Below are positions 48,699-60,695 of a stretch of DNA of 64,000 bases, piece by piece (position 1 is the first letter of the stretch; the number at the start of each line of letters is the position of its first letter). A program made the translations under genes and the position numbers. The notes below the pieces were generated by a model, which was not told the DNA's origin, ran no database searches, and worked only from the letters and a program-made list of their open reading frames with translations. Source of the DNA: Dictyostelium discoideum (Eukaryota); assembly GCA_000004695.1 (NCBI GenBank), contig CM000151.3, positions 7,872,001 through 7,936,000 of the forward strand, given 5' to 3'.

Positions 48699-50522
48699 TT
48701 AATGTAATAATGATTTAACAACTGATTTAATATTCATTCTCTTTAAATCTGTATAATTTTGACCAGTACCTAAAAATAAGATTGGATGACCAGTTGAATA
48801 AACCATTGAGATGGCAGCACCAACTTTATCGTCAATTGTATCAAATTTAGTGAGAATGATACCATCGATTGTACGAATATGAGTTTGAGTTGTATTTGCT
48901 AAAAGGGATAGGGATTTATCGAATTTAGTTAATTGATCAACACCATCATTACCAACTAAAGCTTCACCTACAAATAAGACCAAATCGACATTGTTTTGAT
49001 TGACCAATTTTGAGAGTGCTTTCATTAATGGTTCATTATTTTGCATACGACCAGTTGTATCGATCAAAACCACATCATAGCCGGTATCTTTAGCGAAAGC
49101 AATTGCATCTTGGGCTACTGAAGCGGCATCTTTACTATAACCTCTTTCAAAGAGATGGACATTCAAACGGTCAGCATGAGTTTTCAATTGTTCAATGGCA
49201 CCTGATCTAAAAGTATCACATGCAGCCAACATACATTTGTAACCATTTGCAGTCAACCAATAGCAAACCTTTGCCAAATTTGTACTCTTACCAACACCAT
49301 TTACACCACTGAAAACAATGCTATATGGACGTTTACCTTTAACGGCTTGTACCTCTCTAAGGATATCGATGTTTCTCTTTGGTGTTAGGATTCTTGTGAT
49401 TGTATCTTCCATTTGTTGTTTAACCACTGATGTTACACCTTGGAATGTAGCCAATTTCTTGCCCTCTAAACCTGTGCCAATCGATTGAACAATCTTATCG
49501 GCAACGTCTGGTGCAACGTTCTTTTTTGTTAAATGTAATTTAAAGTCTGCTAAAATTGGCTCCAAATCTTGTTTGTCAATAACACGATTACCAGTGAGTA
49601 CATTGAAATATTTCATAAATCCACTAACTGGTTTAGCCTCTTCTTCATCATCGTCGTCTGATGATGAAACATCCATATCTATATTGAACTTTTGAATCTT
49701 TTCTCTAACAATCTCTGTACCATTACTATTGTCTGATCTATTTAATGCCTCCAATTCTTTTTTTGACAACTTTCCATCTTCCCAAGTTCTTGCTTTCTTT
49801 CCTGTTGATGATGATGCTTGTTTATCTGGTGTATCTTTAACTTTCTTTTTATAGCCACCTGGTGATTTCTTTGCTTTTGCTGCTATTAATTTATTTCTAT
49901 TCTTTATAATTTCTTCATCTCATCATCACTATTTTCAATTCTTGCTACATCTGTTTGTTGATTTTTAGTTGCACCATTACTATTTTCTTCTGAATCACTA
50001 CCACTACTACTATCACTATCATCACTATCATCATCACTACTAATATCGTTTATATTATTTGCTTTATTTTGTTTTCTTCTTTCTGCTTTTTCTTTCTTTT
50101 CTTGTTCTTTTCTTTTAACTTTTTCAACTCTACCTTCTTTAATTGCCCTTTCATTCTTTTGATCTTTTACTAGTTTACCTTTATCTGTATCTTCATATTT
50201 CTTTGGTGCTGAATTTGAAGTTTGTTGTAGTTTTGATCTATTTTCAACATCTTCTAAAATCACTTCAAAATTAAATTCTTGAAATTTATCAACTATTATA
50301 AAATCTGATGATTCCTTTAATTTTAATAATAAATCTTTATACATTTTAATAAATCTTTTCTTTACTGTTGTTAATAATTCTTCAATATATAATAATGTAA
50401 ATATTTTTTGATAAACAACCTTTTTTTTTTTTATTTTTTTTTTATTAATAAATAAATAAATAAATAATAAGGTTAATAATAATAATAATAATAATAATAA
50501 TTTTTTAAATAAATTTATAATT

Positions 50523-50563
<41 letters not shown>

Positions 50564-50764
50564 TACAACAAATATTAAATCAAATTCGTTTGAAAATGTC
50601 CATTTTAATGAATAGCTATCAATTTGAAAAGAGGTTTCTGCGCTTCTTTCCTCTAATAAAACTTTTTTAATTAATGAATTAATTGGAGAACCTTTAATCT
50701 TTGCAAATTCTTTTGACCAAAGTACAATTCCACCTTTTGTTAAAATTGTGAAACTATCTAACAT
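48699..50764 (-). CDS. Signal recognition particle receptor alpha subunit (SR-alpha) homologue, 2 exons 50764..50567 and 50419..48699, with an apparent -1 frameshift near 49904-49925 in this sequence
   Basis: The SRX domain [20 protein letters not shown]...FDLIFV|[16 protein letters not shown] matches SR-alpha. The C-terminal NG domain [14 protein letters not shown]...[11 protein letters not shown]...DTTGRMQ...[14 protein letters not shown] is intact. Frame A ends ...[10 protein letters not shown] and the frame continues in frame B as [19 protein letters not shown].... Confidence 0.8.
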
Positions 50765-51208
50765 TTTATTATTATTTTTTTTTTTTTTTTTTTATATATA
50801 TTTTAAAAAAAAAAAAACTATTTGTGAGCAAATGAAATATTGAAAATTAATTTAAAATTTTTTTTTGATTTTCTTTTGAAGACTTCTCGCTTTAAAATTA
50901 ATGAAAAATAAAAAAAATAAAAAAAAAAAATAAAAAAAATAAAAAAAAAAATGTGAAAAAAAAAAAATAAAAAAAATAAAAAAAAAAAGACACGTGTGGT
51001 TTAATTTTAAAACAGTCAACAATTATTTTTATTTAGATAAAAAAAAAAAAAAAATAAAATAAAATAAAATTTTATTTCCAAAACCAAAAAAACATTAAGA
51101 CTATTTTAGAATTAAACAAAATTAATAAAATAAAATAAAATAAAATAAAACAAAATTTTTATTTAATTTTTTTTAATTTTTTAATTTTTTTTTTTAATTT
51201 AGTTTAGT

Positions 51209-52168
51209 TTAAACACAAATAGTTGATAAATAATAAATTTCATCAAGAGATGATGAAGAAGATTGATCTTGAAAACCTCCATTACGATCATATAACTCTT
51301 TATCATCTGGAGTGATACCAATGGTATTACCACTTGAATGACCACTTGTATAGGTAATGAAAGCATCGTCGACATTGCTACCTTTACCACCAAGAATTTC
51401 TTTTGGAGTATTTCCAATGGTATTACCACTAAAATGGCCACTTGTACCAGTTTTAACACCAGTATTTCCACCACTAATTTCACCACTAATTTCACCACTA
51501 ATTTCACCAGTGGATGGTGTATTATTATAGAAATTTGGAATAGTTTCACAAACCTCCAAGTCAGAAATAGGAGCGGAACAAGCAGATTCTGTACAACTTT
51601 CGATAACTGGGTAATTATTTTCGTCACAATAAAAAGTGTCTATTACACCCTCTTCTGATGTACTAGAAAATTTAGTATTATTTGTATAATATTCAACTAA
51701 AAGTGGAATGGAAACACAGGTTCCTACTCTATACATCATGGCGATTGAACCAGTTGGAAGTTCTAAATGGTCTATAATCTTATCGACTTTTACCAAACTC
51801 ACCAATTGATAAAATGGTTGAATATATTGATGAATTGAGTCAAATTGAATTGCTGGAATACATGATCCAATTGTAAAGGTTTGGTTATTTAATATCTCTT
51901 CTCCATCATCCATCATATCACAATCAACATTCTCTGAAATTCCAACTGAAACTTTATTATTACCTTCAAGTCTTAATTGAAAACTTGTTTGATCATCAAT
52001 TGTAAAACATGTATCAAGCTTTGCTACATATCCAACACCTGTTTGTTCACCAGAGCAATCTGATGTTAAAAATGGTTCCAATTTAATTGCATACTCAAAA
52101 AAATATTGACCATTGATTAAATTTGTAAATCCAAATACCACTATCATAAAAACTATTGGTAAAAATTT

Positions 52169-52171
<3 letters not shown>
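51209..52171 (-). CDS. Secreted Ser/Gly/Thr-rich protein, 320 aa, single exon, hypothetical
   Basis: Signal peptide MKFLPIVFMIVVFGFTNLINGQ. (GEIS)3 and SGNTIG repeats. No domain recognised. Confidence 0.5.
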
Positions 52172-52211
<40 letters not shown>

Positions 52212-52521
52212 CACTCTATGAATTTAGTTGTGTTTAAAATAATGATCAATTTTTTTTATTTTTTGAAATTTAAAAATTTTCAGACCCGTCATAAAAAAAA
52301 AAAAAAATAAATAAATAAAAAAAAATAAAAAAAAAAAAAAATTAACCTATCCAAACTAAGTTTTTTCGAGCTTATTTTTACAACTGCCCAGAAAAAAAGT
52401 TTTGGTTTTTATGCCAAATTCCAAAAACAATAGTGAAATACGCAACTAGGTCAAAAAAAAAAAAAAATAGGGACACTGAATTTATTTTTTTGAGGGGCGA
52501 GTGAAAAAATGTTTTTTTGGT

Positions 52522-52556
<35 letters not shown>

Positions 52557-52769
52557 TATTTCCAATTGGAAATAATAAAAAAAAAACAATTTTTAAATTA
52601 TTTCAAATTTATTAATGATATTATAACGAGTTGGACTGATAGTAATGGTTTTGGTTTTCTTTACCTTTTAATTACAATTCTGTGATCCAACTCTGCTAGA
52701 AGAGTTTTCAAATTCAGATTTACTTATATAATTATTACATAACTAGTTACAAAAATATGCTAACGTCCA

Positions 52770-52802
<33 letters not shown>

Positions 52803-53199
52803 ACAACCCCTAGTTTTTTGGAATTTTCTCCTTTTTTAAATCGTCAACAGTTCGAAAAATAACTTTAATTTCAGAGTCTTGCATCAAAAATTTAAATCTT
52901 GCTACTAATAATAATAAAAAAAAAAATATGTTTATTTATTTACTTTTACCTTATTTTATTCAAATTTTGCTATCAGTGTTACTTTTTTTTTTTTTATTTT
53001 TTTATTTTTTTATTTTTTTTTTTATTTTTTTATTTATAATAAGATATTCCAAAAATAAGGTGCCATTGTAATTTTGATATTTTAATTTCAAATAAATATT
53101 AGCCGTTTGTTAGGATTTTTCCAATTTCTTTTTATTTTTTTCTTTTATCAAATCACGTGATGATGTCACATAAAAAAAAACAGTTATTTTTTTTTTTTT

Positions 53200-53272
53200 T
53201 TCTGATATTATTTTTTTTTTTTTGGGCGCCCAATAAAAAAAAAAAAAAAAAAAAAAAAAAATAATATCAGAA
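53200..53272. repeat. Interrupted palindrome: TTCTGATATTAT-T13-GGGCGCCC-AAT-A26-ATAATATCAGAA
   Basis: 12-bp perfect inverted arms around a palindromic GGGCGCCC core. Confidence 0.8.
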
Positions 53273-53423
53273 AAAAAAAAAAAAAAAATCAAAAATTAAA
53301 AAATCTTTTTAAAAAAATTAAAAGAAATAGAACAAACAATAAATTCTATATGGAATTTTGAACTGTGAATTATATGAATAGAATTTATGATGATTCTATT
53401 AAATTTTTTTTTTTTTTTTATTT

Positions 53424-53480
<57 letters not shown>

Positions 53481-53562
53481 AGAACTCTGGAAATAGATTA
53501 TTGAAAATAAAAAAAAAAAAAATCTTTTCCAACACCGGGTGTTTTTTTTTTGATGCCTTGCG

Positions 53563-53603
<41 letters not shown>

Positions 53604-53773
53604 TTCGAAAAAAAAGGTTTAAACTTTTGGCCAACCAAAATTTTCAAAACAACAATACTTTCTAAAAAACCACGTCGCATAGATTAAGGATCAATTGTCT
53701 TTTAATACTAAACCAAACAGAAATCTACTCTCTCACTTCCATTTTTAGTCCATTTAACAACAAATAATTTGAA

Positions 53774-53805
<32 letters not shown>

Positions 53806-54128
53806 TAAAAAAAATAAAAAAAAAAAAAAAATAGTAAATTGAAAAAAATTAATTAAAGGGTCTCTAAACCTTTTTTAGTCTTTTCCCATTCTAAAAAAAA
53901 AAAAATTAAAAAATTAAAAAAAAATTAAATTAAATTAAAAAAAAATTAAAAAAAAAAAAAAAATTTAAAAAAAAAAAATTAAAAAAAACCATTGGGCCCA
54001 AAATAAAAAACCCTTTTTAATTAAAAACCCCAGCCAATCCAAAAAAAAAAAAACCCGGGAAAGGAAAAATCCAAATTTATTGGGGGTTTTTTAAGAAATT
54101 TTTTTTTTTTTAATTTAATTTTTTTTTA

Positions 54129-54159
<31 letters not shown>

Positions 54160-54249
54160 ATTTATTTTCAAATCCCAAAAAATTTCTCACTTTTTTTTTC
54201 AAAAAAAATAAAAAATAAAAAAATAAAAAACGGAAACCAACCATCAAAT

Positions 54250-54294
<45 letters not shown>

Positions 54295-54396
54295 AATCAA
54301 ACAATAGTATATAATAATAAAAATTATAATTAATAATAAAAATTAATTTTTTTTTATATATTTCGTTGCCGTTTAATGCAAACTTTTTTTTGTAAC

Positions 54397-54428
<32 letters not shown>

Positions 54429-54546
54429 GCAACATCAGCAAATAATCTATAAATAAAAATTTAAAAAATTTTTTTTTTTTTTTTATTTTTTTTTTATTTT
54501 TTTTTTTTTTTCACACCAGCACCTAACAGCATGATAAAATAAATAG

Positions 54547-54590
<44 letters not shown>

Positions 54591-55471
54591 ATTTCGCGTA
54601 TAAATCCAAATACACACGCTATATATAAATCCCCCACCACATCTAATTAAATACACATAGTAAATATATATTTTAATTTGAGGTAAGCATCTCTAATAAA
54701 TTTATTGTATTATTATTTTTTTTTGAAAAATAAAATTTTTTTTTTTTTCACTGATATCTTGATATTGTGTGAATCCTGTTAATCAAAAACAAACACTTGC
54801 ACATTTCATATCTTTTTTTTAAAAACTACAAAAAAAATTTTTTTTATTTTTATTTTTTTTTTTATTTTTTTTAAAACATATAAATTTTTAATAATAAATT
54901 TCGAAAACAATCGCCAAAATTTAATAGGCTTTGTTTTTTTTTTTTTTTTTATTTTTTTTTTTTAGCTGTTTTATTTTAATAATAATTTTTTTTTTTTTTT
55001 TTTATTAATTTCCTACAAATATATTTAAATTTTCCTTTTGGACTTTTGTGCAAAAGATCTATAAAAATTTAATTCAAATAATTTTTTGGATTTAAAAGTT
55101 TTTTTTTTTTAATTAATTTTTTAATTTTTATTTTATTTTTTTATCTTTTTATAATAATTATTTGTTTTTTTTTTTTATTATTTAATTAATTATTTTATTA
55201 TTTTTTTTTCTCTTTCAAAACTTTTTTTTTTCACCTAACTAAAAAAAAATAAAAAAAAAATAACTTCATAGCTAAAAAAAATAAAAAAATAACTTCATAG
55301 CCAAAAAAAAAAAAAAAAAATAAAATTAAATAAAATAAAATAAAATAAAATAAAATAAAATAAAATAAAATAAAATAAAATAAAATAAAAAAAAAAAATA
55401 AAATAAAAAATAAAATAAAATAAAATAAAATAAAAAATAAAAAAAAAAAAATAAAAAACAGTAGCAATAGC

Positions 55472-55514
<43 letters not shown>

Positions 55515-55669
55515 AAAACAATTGTTTTGAATAGTATTCATTGATAAACATAAACTAACACAATCTTAATAATAATAATAATAAAAAAAAAAAAAAACCA
55601 GAAAAAAAACAGAAAAAAAAACAGAAAAAAAAAAACAGAAAAAAAAAAAAAAAAAGAGAAATAAATAAA

Positions 55670-56006
55670 ATGTCAAAAGTGTACTCTAAATCGCAAACCG
55701 TTTCGCCGGGTAAACCTCAAAATATATTTGTTACGGCACTTCCATCTTCAGTTTCTGCACCCTCTTTACTTTCATTACAAAAACCAAACAATGGAGCAGG
55801 GTCACACAGAAAACAAAGACAAAATAGTGGAAGTTCTAAAAATAGACCCAACCTCCCTCTCGACCAAATAAAATCCACAGAAAGAAAAAATAGTGGAAAC
55901 AAATCAAATAATAATAATAATAAAAATAGAAAATATAGTAAAAACAATTCAAATGTTAATAGTAATAATATAAATAGTTCAAGTATTGTAATAAAATGTG
56001 AAGAGC

Positions 56007-56070
<64 letters not shown>

Positions 56071-58066
56071 GCAACAAGATGGATTTCTAAAATCACAAGA
56101 ATTTCCAAATTTATTTAAAAATAAGCTATACCTAAAGGATGATATATCCTCACCATCTTCCTCTTCGTCTACTTCATCACCTTCCTGTCTTTCATCATCA
56201 TCTTCTTCAACATTTTCACAAAGTGAAATAGCTGAAAATAAAGATGATATTAATAATAATAACTGTAATAATACAAATGGAAATTTTGAAGAAGAGGAAG
56301 AAGAAGAAGAAAAGAATAAAGTTGAGCAACAATCAATTGAAGAGGAGACATTTATAGAATCTTCCTTTGAGGAAACAAAAGAAGTTGTAGAAGAAGTACC
56401 TTTTGAAGAGCAATTTGAAATTCTACCAATATCTATTGGAGAGGAAACTTTAAAGGAATATACTTCATTTTTAAGTGTTTTATCCGAATTAATTGTAGAC
56501 ATGTATAATGATGATGATAAATCATCAACATCTTCACAATCATCATCATCATCATCATCATCCTCTGCTCCATCTTCACCAAAACCAATAAAAAATAATG
56601 ATAATAATACAACTACAACTACAACCACAACTGCAACCACCACAACAACATCAAAAACAGCAACATCATCTCTAAGCACCATTGAAAAGTTTCAAGTTTT
56701 TAATGTTGATCAAATACCAGAAATTTCTATTGAAGCTTATATTGAAAGAGTTTTTAAATATTTACCATTTGGAACAGATATTTTTATATTCTCCACCATT
56801 TATTTGGATAGATTAATCCAATGGAATCAAGAAATTCAAATTTCACCATTAAATATTCACAGATTATTCATGGCATCCATAATAGTGGCCTCGAAATTCC
56901 ATAATGATAAAGCTTTAAATAATAGATATTATGCTCAAGTTGGAGGAATCTCATTATTTGAAATGAATCAATTGGAAATACATTTCTTGCTCTTATTAAA
57001 TTGGAAATTACATATTGACCCAGAGATATTTGATGCTTTTAAAACTTCAATCCAATCTAAAATCGATATATTGGATATGAAAATAAGAAAATTAAGTAAT
57101 AATGGCAATATTAATAATGAAAGTAATAAAGAAAATATTGTAATAAAAACAACTGAAGAAAAAGTTAAAAATAGTGAAATTCATATAAATTCGAATAATA
57201 ATGATTGTAATAATAATAATAATAATGCTACAGTAACAACAAACCCAACCCCAAACCCAAACCCAACAATAACAACAACCTCAACAACAACAACAACAAC
57301 CACAACAACAATACCAACACCATCAACACAATCAAATAACAACAATTGTAACAATAGCACAAAAAGATATGTAACATTAGTAGAAACTGATAAAAATAAT
57401 TCAAAACCAAAAACAAAGTACAATAGCAGTAATAAATCAACAAATAATGGAGGTACAAGCCAATTTTCACGTATACTTAATAATAGAGGTTCAAAAAATG
57501 TATCATATCACCACCCAAATTATTTGACCTACCCTTTGGCAGCTCCACAAACAAATTATCAACCACAACAACAGCAACAACAAACTTATTATCAACCACC
57601 ACATCACCAACAACAATATTATCAACAACAACAATATTATTCAAATTATCAATACAACCAACAATTGTCATATTATCAACAACAACAACAGCACTATGAT
57701 GACTACTATCAACAACAACAAATTCCAATACCACCACAACCTCAAAATTATATATATCAGCAACCATACCATTCTACTTCTTCAACATCTTCAACAAATA
57801 TTTATATAGGTAAAAGTGGAACACCATCTTCACCAAATATGAATGATATTTGTGGTGGAGTTAGTGAGTCTTATGATTCACAAATTCCATCTAGTTTCGG
57901 AAGTAGTAGTGGAAGTGGTAGTGTTGGAAGTTGTACAAGTAGTAGCATTGGAAGTACAACAGCTGGAAGTGCCTCTCAATATCAACCCCATTCTTGGCAA
58001 AATGCTTATTATTATGGTGGAGTTGCAACTTCTCAATTTTCATATCATACACCAACTTATCAATAA
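55670..58066 (+). CDS. PHO80-like (Pho85-type) cyclin-domain protein, 798 aa, single exon
   Basis: The central block IEAYIERVFKYLPFGTDIFIFSTIYLDRLIQ...IHRLFMASIIVASKFHNDKALNNRYYAQVGGISLFEMNQLEIHFLLLLNWKLHI matches the PHO80-like cyclin fold. Flanked by poly-Q, poly-T and poly-N tracts. Confidence 0.75.
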
Positions 58067-58334
58067 GTTATATATACATACATACAAAACACATGCATAC
58101 ATATAAATAATACTTTCCTAAGCTTTTGGACTCATAATAGTAATAGTAATAATAATAATCATAATAGTTTTTGAATCATTCAATTGCTTAATTGTAATAT
58201 GACTTGATTTACACACCTTTTCTTTTTTTTTTTTTTTTTATCCAAAAACCTTACAAAAAAAAAAAAAAACAAATAAAATTTATAATATTAATAAATTATT
58301 AATATTAAAAAAAAAAAAAAAAGTATTTATAAAA

Positions 58335-58348
58335 AGAAAGTTTAAGTT

Positions 58349-58443
<95 letters not shown>

Positions 58444-58445
58444 TA
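58335..58445. repeat. (ATTT)~27 microsatellite, intergenic
   Basis: Perfect tttatttattt run. Confidence 0.9.
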
Positions 58446-58690
58446 AAATGATTTTAGTATTAAAAATTTACAAAATTCAAAGTGAAAAGTTATCGAAGAA
58501 TTGGGTGAAAATGCTAGAATTTTATAACATTTGGTTAGTTTTTAACCCAATGAGAGCCAATAAATATTAAAACAGTTTTAATTCATTTATAGATTTTTTT
58601 TTTTTTTTTCAAATTACAACATCTCTATTTAATAGGGAAAACATATAAAGTTAAAAAGAATTTTTTTTTTTTTTTTTTTTTTTTTTCTAA

Positions 58691-60265
58691 CTAGTTTTTA
58701 ATTGATTGATAAATATTACCACCTTCTCTAGGATTAATTTTAATAACATCAATTTGATTTACTTCACCATCAATTATTTCAAAACACCAATGACCTTTAA
58801 AAGAAAAAGTTCTTTCATGTAAAGGTAAGAGAGAGAATGGATTACCTTTTTGAACAGATCTTCTTTTTTGACCACGTAGAGTTGCAGTGATTGATTTACT
58901 ATTGTTCCTAATTGTTAGGTGACCAATTGAGGATGAACCTAAAAAGTTTGTTGAAGATCTTGAAAAAGTAAGAAAATAACTTGAGGTATTATAAACCTTG
59001 AAAGAATCAATGATTGCCAATTCATCACCTTTACACTTTGAAAATGGTTCGAAATTACCAACCAAAGTTGAGAAATAGTTTTGAGTGTATTTTAAAAAGT
59101 CACCAATTTTACCAAGTCCAATCTCTGGACGAGTTGCAGAGATTACACCATTTTGAGAATTTAAAAAGAATGAAAATGATTGATTCTGGAATTCATATTT
59201 TGTATAGTAGAATGGAATATAAACAAGCGAGAATAGTTTCTCGTTGAATTGGATAGTGGATGAAACATTCTTTACAAATTTTGATTGTTCTTGTTGTTTC
59301 AAGTATTCAATTGACATTGATTGCTCAGTTTCTAATAGGTGGTTCAAGTAATCACGTTTCCAAACTACGTCTGGTTCATAACGGGCCAATACCTCCACTT
59401 GGTCCAATTGAGCGAATTGGTTGAACTCGTCCAATGATTTCTCAATGACATTGTTGAAATCAAATTGCTGGCTTACCATACAATTCATTATACTTTCATC
59501 CGATAACAAATCCATTGAATTACATGCTAATAATAGTATTCTATTAATTGTTCTCGTTATATATCCATCAACTTTATTCCATTTGATTGATTTATCCTTT
59601 AAAATATCTTCAGAGTTTTTATTATTTAAATTGTTGTTATTTCCATTATTATATAATTCAACATTTTCTTTATTTAAAATTGTTGCTGATGTTGATGTTA
59701 TTGTTTTTTTATTTTTATCAGCATTATTTGAATTATTTAAACTATTATTATTAACATTATAATAGTTATTGTTATTATATGTTGAATTTGTGTTACCATA
59801 TTTATCATATAAAGCATTTGTATTTAATTTTGAATCATACGTAACGAAACCTGAAAATTCAACATTATAATTTACTCTATATGAATAAAATGGTATATAA
59901 ACTTTTTTTAAATGATTATCAACCAACTTTTTAAATCCAGTTGGTGGTAACCAAAGTGAATTTAACCATGAATCAAATGTATTGGTCGCAGTTTTTGGTG
60001 ATATTTGAAATTCTGATAATTGAACACATAACATTTTACTATCAATATTATTATTATGTTCTTTAAATTCTTTAAATAATTGATATTTATTATGATTAAT
60101 TTGTGATATTATTGTTGGTGATGGTTGTTGTGATGATGGTAATGATGGTGCAATTGGTTTCGGTTGGATTGTTAGTGTACTATCATTACCATTTTCATTA
60201 TCATCACAATCACAATAATTATTAGATTGTGGAAAATAAGGTTGAGGTAAATTATTGTTATCCAT
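58691..60265 (-). CDS. Hypothetical protein, 524 aa, single exon
   Basis: Long ATG-initiated ORF with non-repetitive sequence in its C-terminal two thirds. No family recognised. Confidence 0.4.
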   Translation of the reverse strand: MDNNNLPQPYFPQSNNYCDCDDNENGNDSTLTIQPKPIAPSLPSSQQPSPTIISQINHNKYQLFKEFKEHNNNIDSKMLCVQLSEFQISPKTATNTFDSWLNSLWLPPTGFKKLVDNHLKKVYIPFYSYRVNYNVEFSGFVTYDSKLNTNALYDKYGNTNSTYNNNNYYNVNNNSLNNSNNADKNKKTITSTSATILNKENVELYNNGNNNNLNNKNSEDILKDKSIKWNKVDGYITRTINRILLLACNSMDLLSDESIMNCMVSQQFDFNNVIEKSLDEFNQFAQLDQVEVLARYEPDVVWKRDYLNHLLETEQSMSIEYLKQQEQSKFVKNVSSTIQFNEKLFSLVYIPFYYTKYEFQNQSFSFFLNSQNGVISATRPEIGLGKIGDFLKYTQNYFSTLVGNFEPFSKCKGDELAIIDSFKVYNTSSYFLTFSRSSTNFLGSSSIGHLTIRNNSKSITATLRGQKRRSVQKGNPFSLLPLHERTFSFKGHWCFEIIDGEVNQIDVIKINPREGGNIYQSIKN

Positions 60266-60303
60266 TAATTAAGTAATTTATATATATCTATATGTTTAAC
60301 AAA

Positions 60304-60347
<44 letters not shown>

Positions 60348-60596
60348 AAAAAAAATTAAAAAAAAAAACATTACAAAAAATTTTTTCATAAATGATATCT
60401 TGATAATAACTTAATTTTTTACATTTTTTTTTTTTATTTTTTTTTTTATTATTTAATTTTTTTTTTTTATTTTTTTCAACAAAACTAAAAAGATTAAATG
60501 GATCAATGAAAACTCACATTTTTACGAAAAATTATTTCTAGTTTTTTTTTTTTTTTTTTTTGGTGAAATTATTTTTAGTTATAATTTAGGGGATCG

Positions 60597-60631
<35 letters not shown>

Positions 60632-60695
60632 AATTATTTTTATTAGTTTTTAATTAGTTATTATTTTGAGTAATGTTTTTTTTTTTTTTTTTTCT

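Noticed and set aside
52300-52790. Small non-AT islands in the long intergenic region as candidate snoRNA/ncRNA genes
   Set aside because: No C/D or H/ACA box arrangement or known RNA motif could be recognised by eye.
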